From the NCBI GenBank assembly GCA_045106895.1, contig JBGCFM010000188.1:1-17984 (forward strand): DNA of 17,984 bases, in the 5' to 3' direction. The position numbers were made by a program, and so were the translations under genes. Shown here piece after piece: positions 7,677 through 16,728 of the stretch. Numbering within the stretch: the first letter of the stretch is position 1; every line of letters starts with the position of its first letter. This DNA comes from Polyangiales bacterium (lineage in GTDB: Bacteria > Myxococcota_A > Polyangia > Polyangiales > Houyiibacteriaceae). Under the pieces are notes generated by a model, which ran no database searches, was not told the origin of the DNA, and worked only from the letters and a program-made list of their open reading frames with translations.

Positions 7677-9911
7677 CTAGATAAGCAAGCTGCACTCAAC
7701 ACCGTCGAGACCTGCGTCGTTGTTGTCTTCGCGGCACTCTTCGACGCCGCCCTCTCGCGACGCGGATTCACCGTCGACCTCGACGACAAAGGAGACGCCG
7801 CCTTCGACGAAGGGAAGCTCCACGCTCACCTCGACGACCTCGGAGGCGCCCGGCAAGAGCGCTCGTGTGGTCATGGAGCGACCGACTTCGTCGCCGCGCA
7901 TCTCCAGCGTGCCCGCGTAGAACACAACCGGTACGCCGGCCTCCACGCCGAGGTTGCCCTCGTTGGAGACACGCGCTCGAAGCGTCGCCATGGAAGGGCA
8001 TCCGTCGAGGCGCACCTCGAGTCCGACCTGCAGGTCCGGCGCGTTGAACACGCCCTCGCCTTGGGCGTTCTGCCGGAAGTTGTTGAGGCCTTCGACCTCC
8101 CAGTTCGGCGCCTGCACCGGAGGAATGCCGCCCGCCGCCGTCACGTTGGTGACGCTGTAGGAGTGCTGGTTCCAGACCGTTCGCGTTCGCACCCACTGGT
8201 CACGAACGTCGCCGTAGACGTAAAGTCCGCGACGGCGTCCTGTGTAACCCGGGCCACAGCGCGCGGCGCTGGTGCGGTCGTTGGCGACGGTGATGAGCTC
8301 GGAATTCCCGTCAGCATCGACATCGACGACGAGCGGGTACTCATGGATCGTCCCCGAACTGGACGGGATCTGAAGCAACACCTCGCCGGTCTCGCCGCCG
8401 TAAACCCAAACGTGGCACTCGTCCTGGTAAACGACCTCGGCCTTTCCGTCGCCCTCGAAGTCGAAGACTGAGGAGCCCGTCGCGTTGCTCGATTGATCGA
8501 TGGTCGGCGCAGACCACAAGACGCCATCCTCTTCGCCAAGGTCGAAGACCGTGTAACTCGCGCCGCCGGCAACGCCGATCTCGGGGACTCCGTCGCCATC
8601 GAAGTCCGCTACGGTGGGTGGTCCGCCGCGTCCGCCTCCGGGGAGCGGCGTTGGGCCCCACTCGATGGCGCCCGTCGCGCCGTCGAGGACGTAGACCTGT
8701 CCCGTGGAGACGAGCACAACTTCGGGGTTCGCGTCGGAATCGAAATTCGCAAGAGCGGGGTAGCCGTCGGGGGTGGCCGCGGTCCACTTGAGCGTTCCGT
8801 CTCGCTCCCACGCGCTGCGGCCCGAGACCACGTCCATGAGTCCGTCGCCATCGAGGTCGCCGGCGACGCTGATGCCGCCCGTGTATTCGTCGTTGGTGCC
8901 TTCGAGAGCCCCGGTTCCCGAGGACCAGAGCAGACGACCGTCGGCGTCCGTGGTCAATGCGCCCCAGACAATCTCGCTGCTCCCGTCACCGTCGAGGTCC
9001 ACCAACGTCGGAGCGCCATTCCCGCCTCCGACGGTGAGCGCGCCTCCGGTAGCGTTCGTGCTGCGCCACAATTCGTTGCCGCCGGCGTCGAAGGCAATGG
9101 CGCGTCGCGGATCGCGGTTATTGGGCGAAGTCATCGCAACGATGACGATGTTGCCGTCGCCCTTGAGGTCACCGGCGGCGATGGAGATTCGCCCGAAAAG
9201 ATTCACATCGGAGACCCAAAGCTCTTCGCCGGTGTCGCCGCGGTAGGCGCGGAGGGCGCCATCGTTCCAGTCGGAGTCACAGGCCATGTTGGAGATGATC
9301 TCCGGAATGCCATCGCCGTCGAGGTCCACCACGACGGGAGTGGTGATGGCGTGTAGGCAGTCCGCTCGCCGCATGGAGGTGCTGATCTCGATCTCCGGCG
9401 TCACGTCGAAGGCCCCGAAGACAGGTTCCGTTTCGCACGTGACCGGGTCGAACTGTTCTAGGCAGCGGTCGAGGGTGGGCTCACAGAAGGAGTCTTCCGG
9501 GCAATCGAAGTTGTCTACGCACTCTTCACCAGGCGCGGTGCACGCGCCGTCGACGCAGACGTCGGTAGCACCTTCGCAACAGGTACCGTCGCAGCGAATG
9601 CCGGTGTCGCACGCCGCGAGGCAAGCGCCTTCGATGCACTCGGTGCCTTCGTCGCAACAGATCGGCGGGTCGCCGCAGAAGATGGCCGTCGCGCAAGTGG
9701 CGCTGTCCGGCCCTGCATCGCTCATGATGGGAACATCTGGCATTGGCACGTCCGGCGCCGCTGCGTCCTGGTCTGGCACGCAGACGCCGTCGACGCACTG
9801 ACCACTCACACAATCGGCGGATGTAGAGCAGGTCGCGTCGCCCCCGTCGTCGTCGCCGCAAGCGACGAGGGTAAGGAGGGCCAATCCAAGGAAGAGCGAG
9901 GAACGATGCAT
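7677..9911 (-). CDS. FG-GAP/VCBS repeat beta-propeller lipoprotein with Cys-rich N-terminal repeats and CARDB-like C-terminal domain, 744 aa
   Basis: Lipobox LVAC after MHRSSLFLGLALLT. Cys-rich repeats, eight D-x-D/N-G-D-G-type Ca-binding motifs, WNQHSYSVTNV...NNFRQN, and a C-terminal APDL...VSNEG...VEECREDNN region. Confidence 0.88.
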   Translation of the reverse strand: MHRSSLFLGLALLTLVACGDDDGGDATCSTSADCVSGQCVDGVCVPDQDAAAPDVPMPDVPIMSDAGPDSATCATAIFCGDPPICCDEGTECIEGACLAACDTGIRCDGTCCEGATDVCVDGACTAPGEECVDNFDCPEDSFCEPTLDRCLEQFDPVTCETEPVFGAFDVTPEIEISTSMRRADCLHAITTPVVVDLDGDGIPEIISNMACDSDWNDGALRAYRGDTGEELWVSDVNLFGRISIAAGDLKGDGNIVIVAMTSPNNRDPRRAIAFDAGGNELWRSTNATGGALTVGGGNGAPTLVDLDGDGSSEIVWGALTTDADGRLLWSSGTGALEGTNDEYTGGISVAGDLDGDGLMDVVSGRSAWERDGTLKWTAATPDGYPALANFDSDANPEVVLVSTGQVYVLDGATGAIEWGPTPLPGGGRGGPPTVADFDGDGVPEIGVAGGASYTVFDLGEEDGVLWSAPTIDQSSNATGSSVFDFEGDGKAEVVYQDECHVWVYGGETGEVLLQIPSSSGTIHEYPLVVDVDADGNSELITVANDRTSAARCGPGYTGRRRGLYVYGDVRDQWVRTRTVWNQHSYSVTNVTAAGGIPPVQAPNWEVEGLNNFRQNAQGEGVFNAPDLQVGLEVRLDGCPSMATLRARVSNEGNLGVEAGVPVVFYAGTLEMRGDEVGRSMTTRALLPGASEVVEVSVELPFVEGGVSFVVEVDGESASREGGVEECREDNNDAGLDGVECSLLI

Positions 9912-9960
9912 AGCTGAAGAGTACGGGTTTTGACGCCGCACACCTCGTTCTTTCTCCAGA

Positions 9961-10332
9961 CTACTCGTCGGGGGTGGTCGTCAGCAGCTTCCAGAGCGGA
10001 TGCCCGTCCCGGTGCTCTCCGTAGTCGAGCTCTGCGCTGGCTAGCAAGGTCGCGCCAATATCCTCGGGGAGGATATGCCTCCGCACCAAGGCCGAGGGCG
10101 CCGCCATATCGTCGAGGGAGACTGCGCGCCAAAGTCGAAAGGCACCGGGACCATGTCGTCGACATCGCTGGACTTGCCCCGCTACGGCGGACCTGCGGGG
10201 TGGAGAGGAAGACTTCCCACCGACTTCGCGTAGGACATAAGCGAACGCGCAACGCGAACTCTTGAACGAATCCGACTGCGCGCCCTAGAGTCACGCCGTC
10301 GACGAATCAGGCAGAGGTACGAGCACTTTCAT
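9961..10332 (-). pseudogene. Possible degraded small gene (remnant)
   Basis: ATG 10332 (MKVLVPLPD) and TAG at 9961-9963 share a frame, with two early stops (codons 14 and 16). The frame is then open to ...AVSLDDMAAPSALVRRHILPEDIGATLLASAELDYGEHRDGHPLWKLLTTTPDE*. Protein-like patches also occur in the other frames. Confidence 0.3.
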
Positions 10333-10372
10333 CTCCCCAAAAGGTGCGCGCTCAGGAAAACTACGAAAACGA

Positions 10373-13300
10373 ATGTCCGACGCCCAATCAAGCGATATCA
10401 GCGAACGCTACGCTGCGTTTAGTGCGCAAGGCTTGGACGACATCGATGCTTGCTGGAGCCTCGCGTGCGACCTCTCCGCAACGAAGACGGCCGAGAATCG
10501 TCGCCGAGCGATCGAGGTCTACGAGCGGCTCACCACACTCCGGTCTTGGTGGGGCGATGCTTTCAATGCCTCGGTAAGAGCACAAGAACTGGGCGACTTG
10601 GTGGAGGCCGAGCGATGGATGGCGCGCAGTTTGTCCGTCGAAGCCACCGCTCTTGGACTCAGTCGAATGTCCGTCGTGCTCCGACGCGCCGGTCGGCGTG
10701 AAGCCTCCCTCGCCTTCGCGAAAGAAGCGGTGGCACGATTTCCCACCGACTTGGGCAGCCGTCAAACCTTGCTCCAAGTGCTGGACGCGCGAAAAGAGTA
10801 CGCCGACGCGCTTGAGGTGTGTACAGCCATGGCAGCTCAGTTCGGAGACGAGGTTCTGCGTCATGACCGCGCCTACGTTTGCCGAGAGCGAGCGCGTCAG
10901 CTCGCTCAAGGCGACGACGTTGAGCCGGAAGCCGAGTCCGAAGCGCGGGCCTTACTGGAGAAGGCGTGCGCGCTCCAGCCCGACGCAGACACGTGGCTTC
11001 GCGTGGGCCTTATCTACGAAGCTCCTCTGGGCGACGTGGGAAACGCCGAGCGCTGCCTGCGCCAGGCGCTCGACCTGTCACCGGCGAACCGCTGGGCCCA
11101 ACAAAACCTGGGTCGACTGCTCTACACTTGGCACCATCGGCACGACGAAGCGATCCTCCTCCTCTCACACGCGTTCGAAGTGGCACCGGCGGACCGTACC
11201 GTTGCCTACCACTACGCCAACGCGTTGGCTGAAGATCTCCAGTTTGTCGCATCGGAGACAGCGTCCTTCGCCCACCTTAGGCTGAGCGATGCCCCGCTGG
11301 ACGGACTGCACCAACTCGGACACCTCTACGCCTCCGCGCGGGTCTACGAGGATGCCGCGGATGCATGGCTGGCCGCCATCAGCGTCGACCCGGGTTGCTA
11401 TACCAAGCTCCACCTCGACCTTGCACAGCTCTACCTCGCCCAAGGGCGCCTTGCCGATGCAGCGTCGGCCGTCCAAGCGGGCCTCGACCGCGATGGAGAA
11501 TGCGTGCACTGCCTGCGTGGACATGCCCTGGTCCTGTCCGCTGAGGGGAAGCGCGATGAGGCGCGCACGACCCTGATGGAACTCGTCCGCGAACATCCCG
11601 CTGACATCGGTCTGCGCGAACAACTCGTGAACCTGCTCCTGGAAATGGATGAACCCGAATACGCGTTGGCGCATGCGGAGACGGCCATGGAGATGGGTCG
11701 AGCATTTCACGCGGCTTCGGCTCCCCTCGGGCGGGCGCTCTTGGCAAGCGGACGCCCCGACGAAGCCCGCGGCCATTTGCAAGATGCGGTGGAGCACAAC
11801 CACGAGCTGCGAACGGGCGCCTACGACGACCTCGCCCGCTGTCTTGACGCCCTCGGCGACACGACGAGTGCGGAAGTCCGACGGCGAGGCGAGGCGTTTG
11901 CCCAGGCGATGACCACGGCGGCAGAAGCCCTTCAAGGATTTGCCGTCGCAACCTGGAACACGGCTCCCGCCTCCTCCGCGGCGAACACCGAGGCCTCCGA
12001 TGTGCTGCACACAACTGAAGAAGCAGCAACGGACGAAGCAACGACGGACGTCCTAACGCTCGTCGATGGAACGCTGCTTCTGCTGGAGCATCTGGCGCCA
12101 AACGACGCGGAGCGATGGATTCTGCACCATCTCCAGCCCACGTTGGATTGCGCGCTGATCGACCGGCTGATCGACGAGCTCTTTGCCCTCGATCCCGATC
12201 GAAGCGGCCGAAATAGAATGCCTCCGGCGTTGAACCTACGCGACGTGGCCAGCGCCGAGCGCATCGCGGCGGAGCTCCAGGTGCAGTCCACTCTCTTGGC
12301 GACAGCGGGTGCAGCGCGGACGGCGGGCGTTCGCGGGATGGAGGTTGCCCACCTCCTCTGCACGCTCCCTCTCCTACGCCGCGCGGCTTGGAAGCTTGGC
12401 CGCGATGTCGCCCTCGCTGCGGGCCGCGAAGGGAAAGCCCTGGCGCTGCTCCTCGGCAGCGGCATGAAGGTGCAGCAATCCCTCAAGAACAAAGGCGTCA
12501 CGCACCTTCGCTACGCCAACTTGTCCGAGTGGCGGCTTAAGCGTGTTCCAATGATCCTCAAGACAATGCCCGAGCTTGAGATTCTCGACCTCTCGGGCAA
12601 CCCACTGGGCGACGCTCTCGAACGCTTTCCGGTGATGCGAAATCTTCGCCTTCTCAACTTGGATCGCACCCACTCAAAACCAGCGACGCTGGCGTCACTC
12701 AAAGCACGACTTCCAGACTGCGAGATTCGCACCCTGCCCCCTGCAAAGTACGAAGCCAACTTTGACACTCTGTTGAACCTTCCCGGTGTGGTGCAGTGCC
12801 CTGACGGCCAGATGCTCTCGCGTCCGGACGCTTTGCCAACTCTGCGCGGGGCGTTCTACATGGCCGGTCAAGCGACGCTGTTGGGCGTGCCGAAACAGCC
12901 TGTGGTCGTGTCGTTTCGCAATGACGGCTACGTCGGGGTGTACGTACGCGATTCGGAAACCCGCCACTGGGAAGATCGGGCCGTTGAAGTGGATGGGCTC
13001 GAGTGCCCTCTTCCCATCTCAGCGCGCTCTTCGGAGGACGAACGAAAGCAGAAGTTTCGGGCGAAGTACCAGGCGGATGAACCCTGGCCGCCATCCAATG
13101 ATGACTTGGTCGCCCACTGGGAAAAGGTGCTGGGCCCGCTCGCTAGACCCCCCGCATCCGCTGAGACCGTGTCCCGCTTTGAAGACATCACCGGCACCGC
13201 CATGCCACCGCAACTCGCGTCTTGTTTTCGCAGCGCCGACGGCGGCGGCCTGTTCTTTTGTACGCTCGAAGTGTTGAAGACGTGGAAGGAGTGGAAGGAC

Positions 13301-13825
13301 GTCTATGACGGTATGGACATCGACGACATCGCCCATGCAGGCCACAAAGGAGACCAAGGCCGAACGCTCGGCGCGTACACTTTGCCTGATTGGATTCCTA
13401 TCATCAGGACGCCGAGGGGCTTCCTTGCCGTCGACGGCCTTCCCGGCGCGAAAGGGAATCGCGGGCAAATCCTGCACTTTGGCCGCGATGAGTTCCACAT
13501 TCGGCTTGTTGCGTCCGACCTGCATGACCTCTTGAATCAGGTTCTGGCGCAGCGCGAAGCCGTGGACACCTTAGCTCGACTCAGTGGGCTCGACGCAAAC
13601 GAGCGCGCTTCCGTGGTCAACTGCTTCGTGGATTCGGGGATACCACCAGGCAACGGTTGGTGGGCTGTGTCAGCGCTATCGAAAGTTGAGCACACCAAGT
13701 CGTTCATCGCCCCCTTGGACTGGAAAGCCTCTTTCGCAGATGCGGTCTATCTCCTGCAGCCGGCGGTCGACAGCTCTTGGCTCGACCCCAGCCCATCGCG
13801 CTGCCCGCCGTCGACCTATCCATAA
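10373..13825 (+). CDS. Multidomain TPR + LRR + SMI1/KNR4 (SUKH) + DUF6630-like protein; probably extends to 14019 across a frameshift
   Basis: About 500 aa of TPR-like repeats. LRRs (LEILDLSGNPL, LRLLNLDRT) with cap LKARLPDCEI. SUKH motifs (PPASAETVSRFEDITGTAMPPQL...DGG...WIPI...LAVDGLPGAKGNRGQILHF...VASDLHDLL). Then LDWK..F.D.VY.L. AGGA RBS upstream. Confidence 0.85.
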   Translation: MSDAQSSDISERYAAFSAQGLDDIDACWSLACDLSATKTAENRRRAIEVYERLTTLRSWWGDAFNASVRAQELGDLVEAERWMARSLSVEATALGLSRMSVVLRRAGRREASLAFAKEAVARFPTDLGSRQTLLQVLDARKEYADALEVCTAMAAQFGDEVLRHDRAYVCRERARQLAQGDDVEPEAESEARALLEKACALQPDADTWLRVGLIYEAPLGDVGNAERCLRQALDLSPANRWAQQNLGRLLYTWHHRHDEAILLLSHAFEVAPADRTVAYHYANALAEDLQFVASETASFAHLRLSDAPLDGLHQLGHLYASARVYEDAADAWLAAISVDPGCYTKLHLDLAQLYLAQGRLADAASAVQAGLDRDGECVHCLRGHALVLSAEGKRDEARTTLMELVREHPADIGLREQLVNLLLEMDEPEYALAHAETAMEMGRAFHAASAPLGRALLASGRPDEARGHLQDAVEHNHELRTGAYDDLARCLDALGDTTSAEVRRRGEAFAQAMTTAAEALQGFAVATWNTAPASSAANTEASDVLHTTEEAATDEATTDVLTLVDGTLLLLEHLAPNDAERWILHHLQPTLDCALIDRLIDELFALDPDRSGRNRMPPALNLRDVASAERIAAELQVQSTLLATAGAARTAGVRGMEVAHLLCTLPLLRRAAWKLGRDVALAAGREGKALALLLGSGMKVQQSLKNKGVTHLRYANLSEWRLKRVPMILKTMPELEILDLSGNPLGDALERFPVMRNLRLLNLDRTHSKPATLASLKARLPDCEIRTLPPAKYEANFDTLLNLPGVVQCPDGQMLSRPDALPTLRGAFYMAGQATLLGVPKQPVVVSFRNDGYVGVYVRDSETRHWEDRAVEVDGLECPLPISARSSEDERKQKFRAKYQADEPWPPSNDDLVAHWEKVLGPLARPPASAETVSRFEDITGTAMPPQLASCFRSADGGGLFFCTLEVLKTWKEWKDVYDGMDIDDIAHAGHKGDQGRTLGAYTLPDWIPIIRTPRGFLAVDGLPGAKGNRGQILHFGRDEFHIRLVASDLHDLLNQVLAQREAVDTLARLSGLDANERASVVNCFVDSGIPPGNGWWAVSALSKVEHTKSFIAPLDWKASFADAVYLLQPAVDSSWLDPSPSRCPPSTYP

Positions 13826-14019
13826 CCGCCATGCACGATGAGCCGACGCAAGCGGCGCTGGCCCGCTGGATGAATGCAAGAGGTTTGCGCCTATCGTGGG
13901 TCGCGCTGAGCGGGGACACCTATGTGCTGACGGTGCACCTCATCGCCGATGTGGAGGAGGCAACCCGTGCGTGTGCCTCTCTTTTTCAGAGTGCTCTGGA
14001 TCCCGTTCCCACCGGGTGA
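13771..14019 (+). pseudogene. Out-of-frame C-terminal portion of the TPR/LRR/SUKH protein (second half of DUF6630-like domain)
   Basis: The -1 frame reads QLLARPQPIALPAVDL...ALARWMNARGLRLSWVALSGDTYVLTVHL..., completing the LDWK...G..L....D.Y.L pattern begun in the main frame. Confidence 0.6.
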
Positions 14020-14049
14020 GTTCGCGGAATCTCGAAATGGACGGGCGCC

Positions 14050-14079
14050 TTGATGACAGCCCCACAAACCGCTAAGAAT
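14050..14079 (+). promoter_or_regulatory. Candidate sigma70-like promoter of the purine catabolism operon
   Basis: TTGATG (14050-14055), 17 bp, TAAGAAT (14073-14079), then a GGAG RBS before ATG 14097. Confidence 0.3.
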
Positions 14080-14096
14080 CCGCCTTCCGGAGCCCA

Positions 14097-15275
14097 ATGA
14101 TCGACAATATTACCGACTGGATCGAGCTTACGCTTCGATGGATTCACATCATCACTGGCGCAGCGTGGATCGGCACTTCGTTCTACTTCAACTGGCTGAA
14201 CAACAACGTACGGCCCCAGGAGAACCCTGAACCCGGCGTTGGCGGAGACCTCTGGAGCGTTCACGGCGGCGCTTTTTACCGCGTTGTTAAGTACAAGGTC
14301 GCGCCGGAGAAGCTCCCCAAAGTGCTCCACTGGTTCAAGTGGGAGGCGTACTTCACGTGGATCAGCGGCTTCTGCTTGCTCTGCGTGGCCTACTACCTCT
14401 CCGCCAGCACGATGGTCATCGACAACTCCGTCCGCGTGCTCGCGCCGTGGGAAGCCATCGCCATTGGCATCAGCGTCCTCGCCGTGGGCTGGACCGTCTA
14501 CCACCTCCTCTGCAAATCACCGCTCGGCAACAAGCCCGCGCTCTTTGCATTCCTCGGCTTCGTATTGATGACGGGCCTCGCCTTTGGCCTCACGCAGGTC
14601 TTCGGCAGCCGCGCGGCGTACATTCACGTTGGCGCGCTCATCGGCACCATCATGGCGGCGAATGTGTTCGTGGTGATCATTCCAAACCAGCGCGTGATGG
14701 TCGACGACATGACCGCGGGCAAAGAGCCCGAAGCCAAGCTTGGCCAAGAAGCCTCGCAGCGTTCCTTGCACAACAACTACCTCACGCTGCCCGTGCTCTT
14801 CATCATGGTGAGCAATCACTACCCGATGACCTACGGCCACACGTGGAACTGGGTTCTGCTCGCGGGCATCGCCCTAGCAGGCGCGATCACGCGTCACTGG
14901 TTCAACCTGCGCGGCAAGGGCAAGAACAACGTCTACATCCTCCCCGTCGCCGCCGCGATGATGGTCGCCATGGCCTTCGCGACGATGCCCAAGTCCTACG
15001 CTTCGCATCGCCCCGTGGAGTTCAGCGAAGTGCGAGAGCTCATCGAAACACACTGTGTTGAATGCCACTCAGCGTCGCCGACGCGTGAAGGCTTCCCCAT
15101 CGCGCCCCTTGGCGTGATGTACGACACGGCTGCGCAGATCGGCCAATACTCCCAGCGCATCAACACCCAGGTTGTTGTGACCGGCGTGATGCCACTTGGC
15201 GATGCCCACGGCATGACGCAAGACGAGCGCGACATCATCGGCGCTTGGTTCCATCAGGGCGCGTCCATCGAATGA
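14097..15275 (+). CDS. puuD: Urate hydroxylase PuuD (membrane urate oxidase with C-terminal cytochrome c)
   Basis: LRWIHIITGAAWIGTSFYF, WSVHGGAFY, LHWFKWEAYFTWISGF, GTIMAANVF..IIPNQ, RSLHNNYLTLPVLFIMVSNHYP. Heme motif CVECH and distal MP. Confidence 0.93.
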   Translation: MIDNITDWIELTLRWIHIITGAAWIGTSFYFNWLNNNVRPQENPEPGVGGDLWSVHGGAFYRVVKYKVAPEKLPKVLHWFKWEAYFTWISGFCLLCVAYYLSASTMVIDNSVRVLAPWEAIAIGISVLAVGWTVYHLLCKSPLGNKPALFAFLGFVLMTGLAFGLTQVFGSRAAYIHVGALIGTIMAANVFVVIIPNQRVMVDDMTAGKEPEAKLGQEASQRSLHNNYLTLPVLFIMVSNHYPMTYGHTWNWVLLAGIALAGAITRHWFNLRGKGKNNVYILPVAAAMMVAMAFATMPKSYASHRPVEFSEVRELIETHCVECHSASPTREGFPIAPLGVMYDTAAQIGQYSQRINTQVVVTGVMPLGDAHGMTQDERDIIGAWFHQGASIE

Positions 15276-15297
15276 ACGGGCGCTTCCATCGAATGAA
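15257..15297 (+). repeat. Tandem duplication (20 bp, period 21) of the puuD 3' end including the stop codon
   Basis: GGGCGCGTCCATCGAATGAA (15257-15276) and GGGCGCTTCCATCGAATGAA (15278-15297), one mismatch. Confidence 0.85.
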
Positions 15298-15314
15298 GCG
15301 GCATTGATAAACAT

Positions 15315-16691
15315 ATGAAACGATTCGCACTCCGCAGTCAGCGCGTTCTCACGCCGGAAGGCATCAAGCCTCACATCATCGTCGTACGCGACGACAAGAT
15401 CGAATCCGTGCTTCCTCCCAACTGGGCGACGTCGGATCTGGCAGAGAACGTGCCGCTCGAAGACCTTGGCGACTCGCTGATCTTCCCTGGCCTCGTGGAC
15501 TGCCACGTGCACATCAACGAACCCGGCCGCACGGAGTGGGAAGGCTTCGAGACCGCAACCAAGGCGGCGGCGTCCGGCGGCGTCACCACCGTCATCGACA
15601 TGCCCCTGAACTGCACGCCGGTGACGACCAGCGTCGATGCGCTCAAGCTGAAGCTCGACGCGACGAGCGGGCGGCTGCACGTGGACACCGGCTTCTGGGG
15701 CGGCGTCATCCCGGGCAACGCCGAAGAGCTGACGCGTCTCGCCGAGGCCGGTGCGCTTGGTGCAAAAGCCTTCCTCTGCCCTTCCGGCATCGACGACTTT
15801 CCCCAGAGCACCGAAGACGACCTTCGCGCAGCCATGCCTCGTCTAGCCGACGCGGGCATCCCGCTCTTGGCCCACGCCGAGCTGGAGCTCGACGCGCCGG
15901 CATGTCCTCCAGGCTCCGCGGACTACAACGACTACCTGAAGTCGCGCCCCCGCGAGTGGGAAGACGCCGCCATCGGCATGCTGATCAAGCTCTGCCGCGA
16001 AACACGCTGCCCCGTGCACATCGTTCATCTCTCGTCGGCAACGGCGGTGCCGATGTTGCGCGACGCGAAGGCCGAGGGCCTGCCCATCACCGTGGAGACG
16101 TGCCCGCACTACTTGTGTTTGACGGCGGAAGAGATTCCCAGCGGCGACACCACCTTCAAGTGCGCGCCACCGATTCGTGAGAACGCCAACCGCGACGGTC
16201 TCTGGGACGCGCTCATCGAGGGCGTTATCGACTTTGTCATCAGCGATCACTCGCCATGCACGCCCGGACTCAAGCGCATCGACGAAGGCGACTTCGCCGG
16301 CGCCTGGGGCGGAATCGCTTCGCTCTCCCTCGGTCTCTCGAACATCTGGACCGAGGCCCAAAAGCGGGGAGTGAAGATCGAAAAGCTCGCCGAGTGGATG
16401 AGCCTCGCGCCCGCACGCTTCGCCGGCGTCGCCGATAAGAAGGGCGCCATCGCCAAGGGCATGCACGCGGACTTCTTCGTGTGGGACCCCGCGTCCACCT
16501 TCGAGCTCGACGCGGAGCGACTGCACTTCAAGCACCGCATCTCCCCCTACGTGGGACGAACCCTCGCTGGCGAAGTCGAGACCACGTGGCTCCGCGGCGA
16601 GAAGATCTTCGAGCGGAACACAGCGACGCAGACGGACCTCTTCGCAAAACCCAGAGGCGAAGCGCTCTTGCACCGCGCTGCCAACAAATAG
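15315..16691 (+). CDS. allB: Allantoinase (amidohydrolase superfamily)
   Basis: PGLVDCHVHINEPGRTEWEGFETATKAAASGGVTTVIDMPLN, HAE, HIVHLSS, VETCPHYL, FKCAPPIR, SDHSPC, AWGGI; purine operon context. Confidence 0.96.
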   Translation: MKRFALRSQRVLTPEGIKPHIIVVRDDKIESVLPPNWATSDLAENVPLEDLGDSLIFPGLVDCHVHINEPGRTEWEGFETATKAAASGGVTTVIDMPLNCTPVTTSVDALKLKLDATSGRLHVDTGFWGGVIPGNAEELTRLAEAGALGAKAFLCPSGIDDFPQSTEDDLRAAMPRLADAGIPLLAHAELELDAPACPPGSADYNDYLKSRPREWEDAAIGMLIKLCRETRCPVHIVHLSSATAVPMLRDAKAEGLPITVETCPHYLCLTAEEIPSGDTTFKCAPPIRENANRDGLWDALIEGVIDFVISDHSPCTPGLKRIDEGDFAGAWGGIASLSLGLSNIWTEAQKRGVKIEKLAEWMSLAPARFAGVADKKGAIAKGMHADFFVWDPASTFELDAERLHFKHRISPYVGRTLAGEVETTWLRGEKIFERNTATQTDLFAKPRGEALLHRAANK

Positions 16692-16728
16692 AACGCCGCG
16701 AACAAAGCGGCGGAACAGGAAACACTCC

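Noticed and set aside
8493..9356. 287-aa plus-strand ORF and other ORFs inside the FG-GAP gene
   Set aside because: Antisense or alternate-frame shadows typical of high-GC coding DNA.
12014..12051. Short imperfect repeat encoding TEEAATDEATTD
   Set aside because: Low-complexity interdomain linker, not an independent element.
13760..13830. Programmed -1 ribosomal frameshift
   Set aside because: No X XXY YYZ slippery site is evident; an indel is the simpler explanation.
16694..16712. Hairpin CGCCGC-N7-GCGGCG between allB and alc as a terminator
   Set aside because: No U-tract on the sense strand and it lies inside an apparent operon; at most an mRNA stability element.
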